64,000 nucleotides of DNA, from NCBI GenBank assembly GCA_951406725.2, contig CATOCA020000001.1:7626001-7690000 (forward strand). Direction: 5' to 3'. A program made the translations under genes and the position numbers. The notes beneath the pieces are model-generated. The model did no database searches. It was given only the letters and a program-made list of their open reading frames with translations, and had not been told where the DNA came from. The DNA is from Octopus vulgaris (Eukaryota). This document shows positions 1 through 64,000 of this stretch, piece after piece (the stretch's first letter is position 1; each line of letters starts with the position of its first letter).

Positions 1-740
1 CTTTCTTTCTTTCTTTCATTCATTCTCTCTACTTTCTTCTATTCTCTTTCTCTCCTCTCTTTCTCTCTCTCTTTCTTTCTCTCTTTCTTTTTCTTTCTTT
101 CTTTCTATTTGTCTCTAGCCTTGTTTCCTTCTTTCCTTCATTCATTCTCTCTTACTATCTTCTATTCTCTCTCTCTCTTCTCTCTCTCTTTCTTTCTTTC
201 TTCTTTCTTTCTTTCTTTCTATTTGTCTCTAGCCTTGTTTCCTTCTTTCATTCATTCATTCTCTCTTACTATCTTCTATTCTCTCTCTCTCTCCTTCCCT
301 CTTTCTCTCTCTCATTCTCATCTCGTTCTTTATTACAGAATCACTTCACGTTTTTTTGTTTCTTTCCATCTTTCTTCCTCACTTTCTTGTTCTGTTTCTT
401 TTTCTTCCTTCGTTTCATTATTCCTTCCTTCCATCTTTTCTTTCTTTCTTTTTCCCTCCCATCCTTCCCTTCTTTCTTCTTTTCTCTCTTGATTTCCTTC
501 TTTCTCGTTGTCTCTTCCTCCCTCTCTCCTTTCACTTTCTCTTTGTCATCTCTGTAACCCCATCTCTCAATCCTCCCTCTCTCTCTCTCTCTCTCTCTCC
601 TTCAAACCCATCTCTTTGTCTCCCTCTTCTTCTCTCTCTTTAACTCTGACCCTTCCTGTATCTGACTGTCTGTCTGTCTACCTGTGTGTCTCTCTCCTTT
701 TCTCTGCTTCTCTCTCTCTCTCTCTCACCTCATTATTTAT
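1..740. repeat. CT-rich low-complexity tract
   Basis: Polypyrimidine sequence with a short internal duplication. Confidence 0.9.
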
Positions 741-769
741 TACTCTACCATTCTGCCTCTCTTCCCATT

Positions 770-2590
770 TATAAGTCTGAAACCTATTTAGGGGTAATTT
801 GGGGTCACTAAGTTTTAAAATTGCAATATTTTTCTTTTCTATCACATCACGTGATATTTCCCTATAGACTGGTCCATATTAACCCACCCATAGCTCCATC
901 TTTCAGAAATTTCTCGATGTGTTTTTGGTAGAGTAGCTTAGCAGTAAGAATCTCAGAGTCAGTTGAGCATTCAGTGAGTGAGGTTGTGACGCTCTGTTGG
1001 CCTCGTATACATACATGTATAGAAGTGTGTTTCCTAATATCTCTGTGCTTCAACGCTCGGTCGTCTCAATCTGCTTTGTTAATCTCTTCTTACTATCAAC
1101 AAATGTACAAAAGACATCATCGTTAAACATTTCTGTTGAATATTTATTTTATCAAGTATTTCGACATCTATTTAGACAAACCTAGATACATAAATATGCT
1201 CTTTGTTCTTTTCTCTCTTTTCACATTTATCTCCTGAAATAATGCAGAGGTTCAGTCGCATGGTGTCATTGCGAAGGAAATGATTGAAATTCCCTGACAC
1301 CTGTGGGTGTTTTACAGTATCAAGTCCAAGAATGAACATTGCTCAATTGACTTACCTGAAGATTAAAGTTGGCAATCGGTATAAATCATGGGTCCCGCTC
1401 AATATATGTAAACCCGGTGCCGAAAAATCTATGCCAATCGACAAAGGACTCAAACAAACAACTAACTTTTGGCATTCCTATGGCATGGTAAGAACCGAAG
1501 AACCATATTAAAGATTGCTACTTTTGTCTCACAAATTCTTCTGGTTATAGCAAGAGATTGCGACAGAACAAATCTGGATTCATCAAATCGTCCAATGTTT
1601 CACCCAGAACCCAGTTTCAAGGATCTACCGTCATTGCAAGATAAAACTGGTATATGTGAAGTAGATGTAAAACATGAAGATGACAGTGATACAGACTTTG
1701 TAGTAACATCGACCAAAGAACGTGAAAACCAGGCAGAACTCAAGTATTTCGTTAGAGACCTAGGACTGTCACAAGAGTTATCGGAACTTATCTTCTAGGC
1801 TTAAAGAGAAGAATGTGTTGCAGAAACGTGACTTTTTATCAGAACAAAGAAAAAGTCCTCTTAGCATTCATTACAACTGAAAATTATTTTGTTTACTGTT
1901 GTGACGTGGCGGGGCTGTTAAATGCGATGGGTGGTGGATACTATGACCGTAGTGAGTTTATAGATAGCTGAAAGAAGTGTCTAAAATGTTTGTTAGTCCA
2001 TAATTGAAACTTGTTTGCTGCGCTTCCTATTGGTCACTCTGTGAACTTAAAAGAGAATTATGATCACATAAAAGTTGAATTAGATTTACCCAAATCTGAT
2101 GAACACAAATGGGTCATATGTGTGGATCTAAAAATGCTCAACTTTTTACTTGGTCAACAAAGAGTTTACACAAAACATCCGTCTTTCCTGGGTTTATGCG
2201 ATAACCAAACGAGAGACAATCATAGGGAGCCGGAAACTCTGGCAAGTAAGGAAAAGTTTGACTTCTGGAGAGAAGAATATCATACACGAAACACTTGTTG
2301 AGCGAGAGAAAATCATCTTCTCAACCCTTAATTTTAAACTAGGACTAATGAAGTAATATATCGAAGCTCTTAATGTGGAGAGTAGCTGTTTCAAATTCAT
2401 ATGTTTAGCATTTCCTGTGTTATGATAAAATAATGGATGGTGTTTTTGATGGGTCACAAATCCGAAAGTTAATGAAATGCCAGACATTCTCGTGCTCGAT
2501 GACTGACGTAGAAAAAAGAGCATGGGATTCATTTGTGGCTGTTGTGAAAGGATTCGTAGCGAGTGAAAAGGCTGAAAACTACAATAAGGA
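770..2590 (+). mobile_element. Degenerate DNA transposon, Chapaev3-like (CMC) transposase
   Basis: Fragmented frames: FGIPMAW*EPKNHIKDCYFC, VRDLGLSQELSEL, LPIGHSVNLKENY, WVICVDLKMLNFLLGQQ, LNFKLGLMK, GVFDGSQIR. Family assigned from motif recall; ends approximate. Confidence 0.7.
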
Positions 2591-2650
2591 TTCATTATTT
2601 ATTTGTCCTCATTTTGTTTGTTGTTCTCATTCCTAAGGTATTTTTCGATG

Positions 2651-3814
2651 TTATTATTATTATTAAGGTCATTGCCTGGATTCGAACTCGGAATCTTGGG
2701 GTTAGTAGCATTCTTAACGACTACGGCTGTGGGCAATTATGGAGTGAATTTTATGGGTTATAAACCTAATATTTCCCTATCCTTCCTTAATACCGGTTCC
2801 CATATGCTGCTCATATCTGCACTCGGTCTGCTTAGGAGGATGTTGTGTCTTTGCATATGTGCTGCTTCTTTTAGTTTTCCTATTTTCCAGTGGTGTTCTC
2901 TGTCTATTATTTTAACTTCATCCCACCCGGATGAGGTGGTCTCCATTTTTCCATACATGATCACCTATACCCGTTTTATCAATATCTCCTCGTGTCACAG
3001 CTTTGCGATGTGCGTCTACCCTTATTTTGAGGGGAGGCATGTTTCGCCTTTGTATAACCTACCACAGCTGCATGGGATGGAGTACACGCAGTCTTTGGTC
3101 ATATTCTCTTCTATTGGTGGTTTAACTCGAAGGAAATATTTGTGAAGTGTTGTATTACTCTTGAATACTGTCCTGATGTCCTATGGGCCGCATATCTTTT
3201 GTATCTTTTCGGAGAAGCCTTTCACATAGGGTAGACAGACTGTGGACAGTTTATTGGTTTCATCCTCTCTTTTCTTCATAATTAGAGTGGATTGTATATT
3301 TTGGGGTAGTTGTTACTTAATAGATTGTTACTTAGCTTGATCATTTCTTCGTTGTGGGTATCACAATCGCTACTTATATTCATTGCTCGATGTTTTAGGC
3401 ACTGAGCAATCCCTCTCTTTACACTGTATGGATTGTAGGAATTGAAGTTGAGGTATCGTCCGGTGAAGGTCGGCTTGTAGTATACGGATGTCCTGAATCC
3501 ATACTTGGTGCATGTTATTAATACGTCCAGGAATGCCAGCTGATTGTATTTCTCCTTTTCCATTGTGAACTGTATGGATGGCTTTATTGAGTTCACATGA
3601 TATAACAGCACTTGAGCATATTCCTGGTGCGGCCAGACTATAAACGTGTCATCAACATATCGCAGCCATAGGGTTGGTTTTAGTGGTGTTGATCCTAAGA
3701 TTCACTCCATAATTGCACACGGGCATATGACGCAGTGGTTAAGAGCGCGGGCTACTAACCCTAAGATTCCGAGTTCGATTTTCGATTCCAGACAGGGACC
3801 TAATAATAATAATG

Positions 3815-3885
<71 letters not shown>
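2651..3885 (-). mobile_element. 5'-truncated Penelope-like retroelement (RT plus GIY-YIG) with inverted terminal repeats
   Basis: WLRYVDDTFIVWP, IQFTMEKE...LAFLDV, SVYYKPTFTGRYLNFNS, CVYSIPCSCGRLYKGET. Inverted arms at 2651-2749 and 3700-3885. Confidence 0.88.
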
Positions 3886-3886
<1 letters not shown>

Positions 3887-4316
3887 GAAAATATGTAGTA
3901 CTCCTTGGAGTAGTCCGTCCGCTTTGGTCCTCCCGTGACTCCCACCTCTCACCTGTGGTTCATCAATGCTATCTGCATGCAACAGTATCCACACCAAGGC
4001 TCACGGCTTCCACAGGCTGGCTAAACCATGGTAAGGGTAGCACACGGCCTTTAACCATTGGTGGACTAGGGCTTGTCTATCTAAGGATGTGAACCGGTTG
4101 AGTGTGCTGAGGAAACCACTAGACAGGCTCAACGGACCAGCAAACTTGTGGAGGGTGAACTGCAACCTGTCTGTAGTTTTCTTGACTTCATCCTTCCACT
4201 GGAATCACAGAGGAAGGGACGAGAGAGTGAGCCAGATGCTATTGTGCAACCTTCCCTCACTTTAATCCATGTCACGCTCAATTCAAGATATCACACCATC
4301 CCAGGGTCAAGTAAAG

Positions 4317-4558
4317 AATCGGGTTGGTGCATAATTATTGCGGCTTTTTTTCAACAAATATTATTCAACAAAAACAATAAAACTATTTATCAGAAACATC
4401 TTTACATGATCGCCTGTCAAGCGAATGGGAAGCAGTTATTGAAGTAGATGGTGAATATGCTCCGGAATAATCATTTAAAGATGTTTTGTTACATGTTATT
4501 GTTTTTGTTGAATAAAATTTGTTGAAAAAAGCCGCAATAATTATGCACCAATCCAATA
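4317..4558. mobile_element. Mariner-type MITE
   Basis: About 60 bp TIRs: ggttggtgcataattattgcggc...aacaataa and ttattgtt...gccgcaataattatgcaccaatcc. Confidence 0.85.
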
Positions 4559-5389
4559 TATGGACACACACACACACAAGTCGGTCGACAATGGCAAAGA
4601 GACGGACGGAACAACGGTTCGCTTATTGATGAGAGAAACGGATGTGAGGACATCTGGATGGAACACCGCTTTAGAGAGCATCGTGCGGTGTGTGGAGGGA
4701 GAGAAAGGGACGGAGCGACGGCGAGTGATGCCTATTATTAAAAGAGAGAGAATAATATAAAATAGTGTTTATAACACATTATCGATAAATATCGAACATT
4801 GATCAATGGAATTAGTACAGATTGCGACTCCACGTCACTGATTCGTTTTTTATTTCGCTTTTTCACATTTCCAATTCTTTACTTTTCCTTTCACTCTGCC
4901 TGCAATCGTCACACAGTTTGCATGGTCGCTGGAGTGAAGGCAAGTGGCTTAGAGGTTAGGGGTATTCGGCTTAGATTTGGGGTGATATATTAATATATGC
5001 TGAGGTGGGAGAGAGAGGATTTTCTAAGTACCCTTAATTTTTATATGAGTGACAACACAAAACTTTTATATACCTGGCTGTTATTTCTAGCATCACGTAG
5101 GACCACCAATTGTGTATTATTCCTCCGGATGCTTCTTAAGGTCTCCTTCAATCTTTCATGAAAAACAATGCAGAATATAATGTATTGAACTGTTATTTCT
5201 ACCATCTTACCCGACAACCTGTAGGACAATATGTTTGATAGACGCTTCGTCAAGCGTCCTGCTTTTATAAAATAAAAACTTTAGAAATTTCAAGGTGTTT
5301 GGTTGCTGTTTCACGAATGATGCGAGACAATAGAGAGGTGAGATTCTTTTATAAAAGTCGAAATGGTTTTGGGAGGGAAACAATGAGAT

Positions 5390-5445
5390 TAAGGGAAAGA
5401 AAGAGAGTGAGAGAGAGAGAGAGTAAAAGGAAGGAAAGAATGAAA

Positions 5446-5483
<38 letters not shown>

Positions 5484-8400
5484 GAAAGAAAAAAAGAAAA
5501 AAAGAAGGAATGAAAGAAAAGAGAAAGGAAGGAATAAAGTAACGTGATTCTGTAATAATGCATGAAATCAGAGCGGAAGTAAGAAAGAAAGAAAGAAAGA
5601 AAGGAAGAAAGGAAGGAAGGCTGGAGGGAAGGAAGGAAGGAAGGAAGGAAGGAAGGAAAGAAGGAAATAAGGAACGAAGGAAATAAGGAAGTAAAAGAAG
5701 GAAGGAAAGAATGGCAGTAAGGAAAGAAAGAAAGAGAGACAGAAACAAAGAAAGAAAGAAAGAAAGAAAGTAAAAAGGAAAGAAAGAGAGACAGAAACAA
5801 AGAAAGGGAGAAAGAAAGGAAGAAAGGGAGAAAGTAAGAAAGAAAGGGAAACAGAAAAGAAAGAAGGTTAGAAGGAAAAAGAGGGAAAGATAGAAAGAAT
5901 GAAAGAAAAAAAGAAAAAAGAAAGAAAGAAGGAAAAAAGAAGGAAAGAAAGTGAGAAGGATAAGAGCAGGGTGAGAGCGAGAGAGAGAAAAAGGAGACAA
6001 GGAAAGGAAACGAAGCAACGACAGAAAAAAGAAAGGAAGAAAAATGAAAGACGGATTGAAGAAGGAAAGATGAGAGGGAAGAAAGAAAAAAAGAATGAAG
6101 GTAAGAAGAAGGAAATGAAAAACAGAAAGTAAAAAAGAAATAAGGAAAATAAAGGAAGGAAGGAAAGAAAGAATGAGAGAATGAAGGGTAAGAAGAAGGA
6201 AATGAAAAAGAGAAAGTAAAGAAAGAAATAAGGAAAATAAAGGAAGGAAGGAAAGAAAGAAAGAAAGAATGAAGGGTAAGAAGAAGGAAATGAAAAAGAG
6301 AAAGTAAACCAAGAAATAAGGAAAATAAAGGAAGGAAGGAAAGAAAGAATGAGAGAAATGAAGGAAGAAAGAAAGAAAGAAAGAAAGGAAAGAAAGAAAG
6401 AAATGAGGGAAATGAAGGAAGGAAAGAAAGAAAGAATGAGAGAAATGAAGGAAGAAAGAAAGAAAGAAAGGAAAGAAAGAAAGGAAAAGGAAAAAAAGAA
6501 ATGAAGGAAGAAAGAAAAAAAGAATGAAGGGTAAGAAGAAGGAAATGAAAAAGAGAAAGTAAAGAAAGAAGTAAGGAAAATAAAGGAAGGAAGGAAGGAA
6601 AGAAAGAAAAAAAGAATGAAGGGTAAGAAGAAGGAAATGAAAAAGAGAAAGTAAAGAAAGAAATAAGGAAAATAAAGGAAGGAAGGAAAGAAAGAAGAAA
6701 GAATGAAAGGTAAGAAGAAGGAAATGAAAAAGAGAAAGTAAAGAAAGAAATAAGGAAAATAAAGGAAGGAAGGAAGGAAAGAATGAGAGAAATGAAGGAA
6801 GAAAGAAAGAAAGAAAGGAAAGAAAGAAAGGAAAAGGAAAAAAGAAATGAAGGAAGAAAGAAAGAAATGAGGGAAATGAAGGAAGAAAGAAACAAACAAA
6901 CAAACAAAGAAACAAATAAAGAAGGATGAAAGAAAGAAAGAAAGAAAGAAAGAAAAAGGAAAATAAGAAATGAAGGAAGAAAGAAAGAAAGAAATGAGGG
7001 AAATGAAGGAAGAAAGAAATAAACAAACAAACAAACAAACAAATAAGAAAATTAAAAAAAGAAAGAAAGAAAGAAAGAAAGAAAGAAAAAATGAGGGAAA
7101 TGAAGGAAGAAAGAAAGAAACAAACAAACAAATAAAGAAGAATGAAAGAAAGAAAGAAAGAAAGAAAGAAAGAAAAAGAAAGAAAGAATGGAAAAGGAAA
7201 GAAAAAAAGAAAGGAGGAAAGAAAGGAAAATGAAAGTAAGAGAGAAAAAAGAAAGAAAGTAAAGGGAAACAAAAAGAAAGAAAGAAAGAATGAAAGAGAT
7301 AGAGAGGAAGGCGACGTAATTCTGTAAAAATGATGAGAAGAAAGAGAGAGAAGGAGGGAGAGAAGGGGAGGAAGGAGGAGGGATTAGAGAAATAAATGTT
7401 AAGAAGAGAGGAGGAGTATGAGATGAGAGAGAAAGAGTAAAAAGGCGGAGCATTAATATATAATAAGGTAATAGAGAGAGGGAGAGGGAGAGAGGGAGAA
7501 AGAGAGAGACAGACAAACAGAGACACGGAGACAGAGAGAGAGACATGAGAAGCGAGAGGGAGAAAGAGAGAGACTGAAATAGAGAAATCGAGAGAGCAAA
7601 GAGAGAGAAAGACAGACATAGAGAAAGAGAGGGAGAGGGAAAGGGAGGAGAAAGGGAGGGAAAGAATGAGGTAAGAGAATGAGAGAATATTATATAAGGA
7701 GGTGGAGGGAGAGAGAGAATGATACATAGGTTTAGAAAGAGAGGGAGAGTGTGACGTGGGGCGGAGCGCAAAAGAGGTAGAGGGAGAGTATGACATATGA
7801 GGTGGTAAAGCGGGAGGGGGAGAGACAAAAAGTGAGGGAGGGGGAAGGAGTCAGAGATGATGTATGAGATATATGCTTTGTGAGGGAGGGAGAGTAAGAG
7901 TTGAGAGAAAACGAGGGATGAGGGAGGGGGGTTAAGCAATAACATAAATAAGTGAAAGAGGGGGAGGGAGAGGAGTAGAGAAGGAGAGGGTATGATGTGT
8001 GTGATAAGAGAGGGAGTCTATCTTGTATTAGAGAAAAGAAGAGGGGAAGGATGAGATATTAATACAGAATGAGGAAGGAGAGAGAAGAGTTTCGAAGTGT
8101 CCTTCATTTTCATATGAAACACTAAACCAAACTTTAACATACTTGGCTGTTATTTCTAGCATCACATTTGATCCCCAATTGGACTATATTTCCTTAGAAG
8201 CTCCTTAAAGTGACCTTCATGATAACAATGTAAAGTATAGCGTAATGGGCTGTTATTTCTAGCAAGATACCACACCACCAATACGTTTTATAGACGCTTC
8301 TTCACTTGGTTTCTCATCCGATGAAGAAGTCTGACCAGATCCGGGAAAAAGTTTTATAAATGCTTCTTAAATTGTCTTTCAATTTCGTATGAAAAACAAA

Positions 8401-9640
8401 GCAACTTTGAGTGTAGTGGGCTGTTATTTCTAGCATGATGTCAAACCAGGTGTAGGAGGATTCTTTGAATAAATGCTTCTTAAATTGTCCGTCAATGTCT
8501 CGGCTATTTAATTTGCTCAATTAAGAACTACACAGTAATTATGTAATTAATGGTTAGTTAAATAATTAGCTTCTGGTAAAATAATTAGCGAGAGAGAAAT
8601 TTGAAGGTAAATCTGAAAATATAATTTATTTGTAAGAAAGTAAGGTTTCTTAGGGATAAAAGGAGAGGAAGAGGGAGAGGGTAAGATATAAGGAGGTGGG
8701 GGAGATAGAGAGAGAAAGAAAGGAAGAAAGAGTGAGAGAGAGAAAGCCTAGGGAAGGGGAGGGATGCATTAATGTATGAGGAAGCAGAGAAAGAATGAGA
8801 GTGAGAGAGAGAGAGAGAGAAAGAAAGGAAGAAAGAGTGAGAGAGGAAAGGCTTAGGGAAGGGGAGGGATATATTAATGTATGAGGAAGGAGAGAAAGAA
8901 TGAGAGGGAGAGAGAGAGAGAGACAGAATGCGTGAGAGAGAGAGAGAGAAAGAAAGAAAGGAAGAAAGAGTGAGAGAGAGAAAATAGGGAAGGGGAGGGA
9001 TATATTAATGTATGAGGAATCAGAGAGTGGGAGTGAGAGTGAGAGAGAGAGAGACAGAATGCGTGAGAGAGAGAGAGAGAGAGAAAGGAAGAAAGAGTGA
9101 GAGAGAGAAAGCCTAGGGAAGGGGAGGGATATATTAATGTATGATGAAGCAGAGAAAGAATGAGAGTGGGAGAGAGAGAGAGAGAGAGAGAGACAGAATG
9201 CGTGAGAGAGAGAGGGGAAGAGAAGAAGAGAGAAAGAAAGGAAAGAGAGAAAACCTAAGGAAGGGGAGGGATATATATTTATATATGAGGTAGCAGAGAG
9301 AGTGTGTGAGTGAGTGCGTGAGAGAGAGATAGAGAGAGAGAGAGGGGGAATTGATATATATACGTTTAGGAAGTGAGGGAGAGGATGAGGTGAACGATAT
9401 AGTAAGGCAGGCGGGGTGGTTAAACATGAATATATAATGAGGTGCTGAGAGAAAGGAGAGAAAGAGGGAGAAGTGGGAGGATATGTTTTGAGGGAGGGAG
9501 AAAGAAAATGCTATTTGTGTTTAATAAGAAAGAGAGAAGGGGAGGGGGAAGCATTGGGTAATTTATGATGAGGTGAGAGGCGGAGGAGAAGAGAAAGAGA
9601 GAGAGAGAGAGAGACATAGAAAGAGGGAGAGAGCGCGAGA
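5390..9640. repeat. GA-rich low-complexity and minisatellite region (about 87 bp units at 6090-6790), interrupted at about 8090-8640
   Basis: gaatgaagggtaagaagaaggaaatgaaaaagagaaagt recurs at about 6093, 6180, 6267, 6522, 6614 and 6701. Confidence 0.9.
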
Positions 9641-9884
9641 GAATAATAAATATATTTACCAATAGAGGAAGAGTATGAGTTAATAAAGGAAGCAAAAATG
9701 GGCGGAGTCACGTATACGATGTAGTGGGAGGAGTCAACGTTGAAACGGTAAGAATAATAACTCTTATTAGATCCCTTTTACTTTAAATTCTATTGTTTTC
9801 TTTTATGCGAAATAAAATCTGTTTTTCTGCGCAGTTTGTGAAGATTTCCAAATATGATTTCATGCAAATAATAGATCGAAGTGT

Positions 9885-10366
9885 TAGACATACAGCATCT
9901 CGAAAGAGTCCAGAAGCTGGCTACCCGCATGGTTCATGGTCTCAAAAATTTGTCCTACGAAGAAAGGCTGAGGACGCTCGACCTTTATTCTCTTGAAAAA
10001 CGCCGCCGCCGTGGTGATCTCATTCTCGCCCACAACATCATAAGCGGAAAGTGTAACCTCTCGAAAGAGCTGTTCTTCACTCCTGCTCCAGAGCGTCGGC
10101 TGCGGGGTCATTCCGAAAAGCTCTACCTGCGACGATTTCATCTCAATCGAAGGAGAGGAGCTTTCTCCGTCCGGGCTGCGGATCCGTGGAACAAGCTGCC
10201 AGACGAGATGGTGAAGATGCCGACGACCGCTTTGTTCAAAGCCTCCCTGGACCTCAAGTGGCCTGAACTCTTTACATGAACACCACCCTGTACTTAACTC
10301 CATGTCCCCCTACATGGCCTTGCTATTTGCTTTTGAGCCAAATTAACTAACTAACTAACTAACTAA
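9885..10366 (+). mobile_element. CR1-clade LINE 3' end with (TAAC)n tail
   Basis: LERVQKLATRMV...LSYEERL...LYSLEKRRRRGDLI...RGHS...FSVR...WNKLP; tail 10344-10366. Confidence 0.92.
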
Positions 10367-11149
10367 TATATTATCAATAAATATCGAACACTTCTCCTCA
10401 TCACTAATTCGTTTTTCGTTTGACATCTAAAAATTTCGCTTTTTTTAATATTACGATTCTTACCCCTTAGCTTCACACCTCCCTGCAATCGTCACACAGC
10501 CTCGATTGTGGTTGCACCTGCTAGAAGCAACAGCCAAATCTCACATGATAAAATATGAAACGTTTTTATCATTTTTTTTTTCTTAATTTCTTGAAAATAA
10601 ATTTATTTTTTATTTTCTGATTGGCATTTGGTCAGAAAACTCCGAAGATAAGCCAGTGCCTGAGCAATACAAAGAGGGGAGAGCAAGAATATGCAAGGCT
10701 AGTACAGTTTAGTGCAGCCGTGCACCGGTTGTCGTCCTATTTTAAGCTGCAAAAATGTGAGAGTCAAATACGAGAGGAAAGGGATCAGACCGGAAGGGAT
10801 GTGAATGGAACAGGAAAGAAGTGAATGCAATGGAATAGAAAAAAGTGAACTAAATCCTAAAATTTGCGAATATATTTAGGTAATAGGGAAAAAAAGTATG
10901 TTTAATTTAAAATGTAATTTCCATTTTTAAAAGAAAGAACATTCTCGAATACATGTTTCTTATAGTTGAACGTCCGCGTGTATTTATGGAGAGAAGAGGT
11001 CGGTTTGTTCCTGCTGTGGGCGAGAGTTTGTTTATTTTAATTTGGCTGACATCCATCTCGATAATGTGTTGCTTTAAGTAGCCTAGGGTCGAAAGCACGA
11101 ATCCCGATAAAACCGCTGACAAAATAAAATAAAATCGATTTTCTGTCCC

Positions 11150-12740
11150 AACTGGAATATGCATGTCAGGTGATCGTCCTGTTTTCTGGAAGAATTATGT
11201 TGCTGAAGAAAATATGCACCAGAACAATGAAGAAATCGTCTCTAAACGGAAAGTGAACATTTTTCTTATAAATATCCAAAGGAAGCTTGAAGTTGACAGC
11301 TTCGATATCTACAGCCACAATGGTCTTCCTTGACCAGATACAAGAATTGTTGAAGTAGCTAATATTCCAATTGGGCTTAGAGAAGAAACCATTTTTAAGG
11401 TGAAAAAATGTATTAATAAACTTCTGCCAACTTTAGACATTGAACAACGACTAGATTTTGATAAAGCTATCAGGTCCATAAATAGTAAAAGAAGGAAGAA
11501 TTCTGTTCTTAAATGCAAATGGTGGCACAGGGAAAACCTATGTGATCAACATCATACTTGATAGTTGCTACTGCCACGTCTGCTATTGCAACCACTTTGC
11601 TTCTGAAAGGGAGAGTTCTTCATTCTATGTCCAGGATTTCTCTCAGTGAGACTACAAAATCAACATTAAGACTCACAAAGAGAGACGCCACAAGAGAATT
11701 TGTGCCTCAATCTGGTCTCTTAGTTATCGATGGGACCAGGATGGGGCCTAAGCATCTCTGTGAGTGCCTTGAAAGGAGATTGCATGATGTGTGAGACTGT
11801 AACAAACCTGTTTGTGAATTTACTATATTACTGTCTGGTGATAGAAAACAAATTCTTGCAGTTATGTCATCTTGGAAGATTATAATTTGTTGATGCAGAT
11901 CCTTTCTTGAGGATTGAGTAGAAATAGTGAAGATAGGAACCAATCTAAGACTTCTTACAAAAGGTCATTCTGATGAAAAAGAGTCTGTTAATCACCATTT
12001 TGATGCTGGAAATGGTGATATTTCTGTCGAACAAAGTCTAGGTGCATCCAAAATCAACCTGCTTTACAACTTTGGCCTGTCAAGTTTATGTGATGTTGTC
12101 TTGCAAATAATTTCAGAGACCCCATGTGGCTTGCAAACAGACCCATTATTACTCCAACAAATGAAATATCACAATTTGTAAATGAATTCATGTTGACCAG
12201 GATCCCTGGTGAGGTAAAGATATGCAGAAGCTCAGATACAGTTGATAATGAAGCTCTGTACCTAATCAAATTCATCAACAAACTCCTACCATCAGGTTTC
12301 CATGGACATATCCTCACACTAAAGACAAGAGGCTGCATTAGGTTTTTGAAGAATTTAGATGCTAAACAAGACCATTGCAATGACACAGGCTACGTTATTA
12401 TCTGCTTCCAAGATCTTATTATTGCTGCCGGGGTTGCTTGTGGTTATTTTGCAGGATCAATCTCAGGGATTCCAAATGGGTCTCAAGGAATTGAGTTCCC
12501 ATTCATAGTTACCATACAAACAATTTCCTGTGGAACCACTCTTTGCCTTGACATGCAACAAAGTACAGGAACAGACATTTAAACAAACTGGAATATATCT
12601 TCCAACACAATTCTTCTCCCGTGGTCAGCTGTAAGTTTCACTTTCTAGAGTTTGGATGAAGCCTGATGTAAAACTATTGGCTGAGAGAAATAGAAACTGT
12701 ATATTTACTAACAATCGTGTCTATAAGGAGGTTCTATTTG
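11150..12740 (+). mobile_element. Degenerate Helitron PIF1-type helicase fragment
   Basis: Across frames: GGTGKTY, ATATSAIATTLL, GDRKQIL, IITPTNE, PSGFHGHILTLK, QFPV...FALTCNKVQEQT, FSRGQL*VSLSRV, VYKEVL. Confidence 0.88.
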
Positions 12741-13142
12741 ACAGCAAAATATACATTTTAAGTAAGTTTCACAAAATGGAATTACACTTTTCTTTTTTGG
12801 GAAAATTTCACAGGATATTTAAACTGTTTATATAACAATGGAAGTATTTAGGGAGATGCCGGGGCTTACAACAACAACACCAATAACAAATGAAATTTCA
12901 ATCTTTATTTCCAAAGTTAATCTCCAACAAAAAGGGAGCTAAACAAATAAAGAGATCTCCATGTGGTAAATAGATCTGCTAGAATTAGTAGCCGAATCCT
13001 ACTCCATTCATCACTTATCATCTTAAAGAATGACACATTAGACAAGGAAAACATGATGGTCCTGGATGGAAGGCATTTAATCATATGCCTGTGTGTGGTG
13101 AAGGTAAACTTGGGTTAAACAACAGCAATATTTACAAGAAAT

Positions 13143-63372
<50,230 letters not shown>

Positions 63373-63899
63373 CTTTTGAATAAAAACAGTCAAAAAAGAA
63401 AGAAAGCAAAACAGTTTTAAAAAAACTTATAAAATGAGCTAAACAACAATAAACAGAAGTTGATGGTTCTAAAATATTGCAAAAGATAACATTGATATTG
63501 TAAACTTCAGTTTATCTAAAGTATTATTCATAGCTGAATGTTCTTGACACTAATAAACCTAACAACAGTCATTGTGTTGTGTGTCTAGGTTAGCTACATT
63601 CCTCTGCTTACATCTTGAGCTATAAATCTGTGGATCATACCCCAGCTAGGGTGGGGGACACTTTATATAAAAAACAAGTTGATTCTCTAAAGAAAAGTAA
63701 ATTTATGAAAACTAGTAAAAGAATCAATGAAACAGAATTTGTACAATAAAACCTCCTGTATTGATCTTTGATTTCATCTCAACTACTTTGCTAATATTTC
63801 GACAGACACTACCAACAAGAGCTTACTTTATAAATTTTTGCAAATATCTTTATGACTATTTCATAATTATTTAATTATATATATATATATATATACTAA

Positions 63900-63931
<32 letters not shown>

Positions 63932-64000
63932 CCATATACCGTCCACCTTCCATGCATCCAAGAGTAAGATGGACGACGGGAGCTGTCCAGGTAGAAAAAA

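Noticed and set aside
3721-3800. Functional tRNA gene
   Set aside because: Duplicated ttcgatt, poor acceptor-stem pairing and a (TAA)n tail; it is part of a retroelement terminus.
5207-7945. 600+ aa F/S/L ORFs on the minus strand
   Set aside because: Open in all three frames of a GA-rich tract; low-complexity artefact.

Overview
Eukaryotic, repeat-rich genomic DNA. The SINE and RTE tails and microsatellite style resemble an octopod cephalopod (recognition only, not verified). Nearly all long ORFs in the track are simple-repeat artefacts. The real content is one spliced minus-strand gene (about 63372 to 13143), assembled by hand from GT-AG sites with matching phases: ankyrin repeats, a Mind-bomb-like C3HC4 RING, a linker of 7 short exons and a C-terminal death domain. 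Each linker exon sits in its own duplicated 1.8-2.9 kb cassette and encodes a [KR]-x-[TVS]-Q-T motif resembling the dynein light chain LC8 binding site. The cassettes are homologous to the one holding the first death-domain exon. Three exons carry frameshifts and one donor is AT, so the locus is a young pseudogene, an assembly with errors, or partly editing-dependent. Introns and flanks hold Chapaev-like, Penelope-like, Helitron, CR1, RTE, HERO-like and Tc1/mariner remnants, MITEs, SINEs, a type I hammerhead ribozyme, a 6.3 kb (ATC)n array and a pyrimidine-rich minisatellite.
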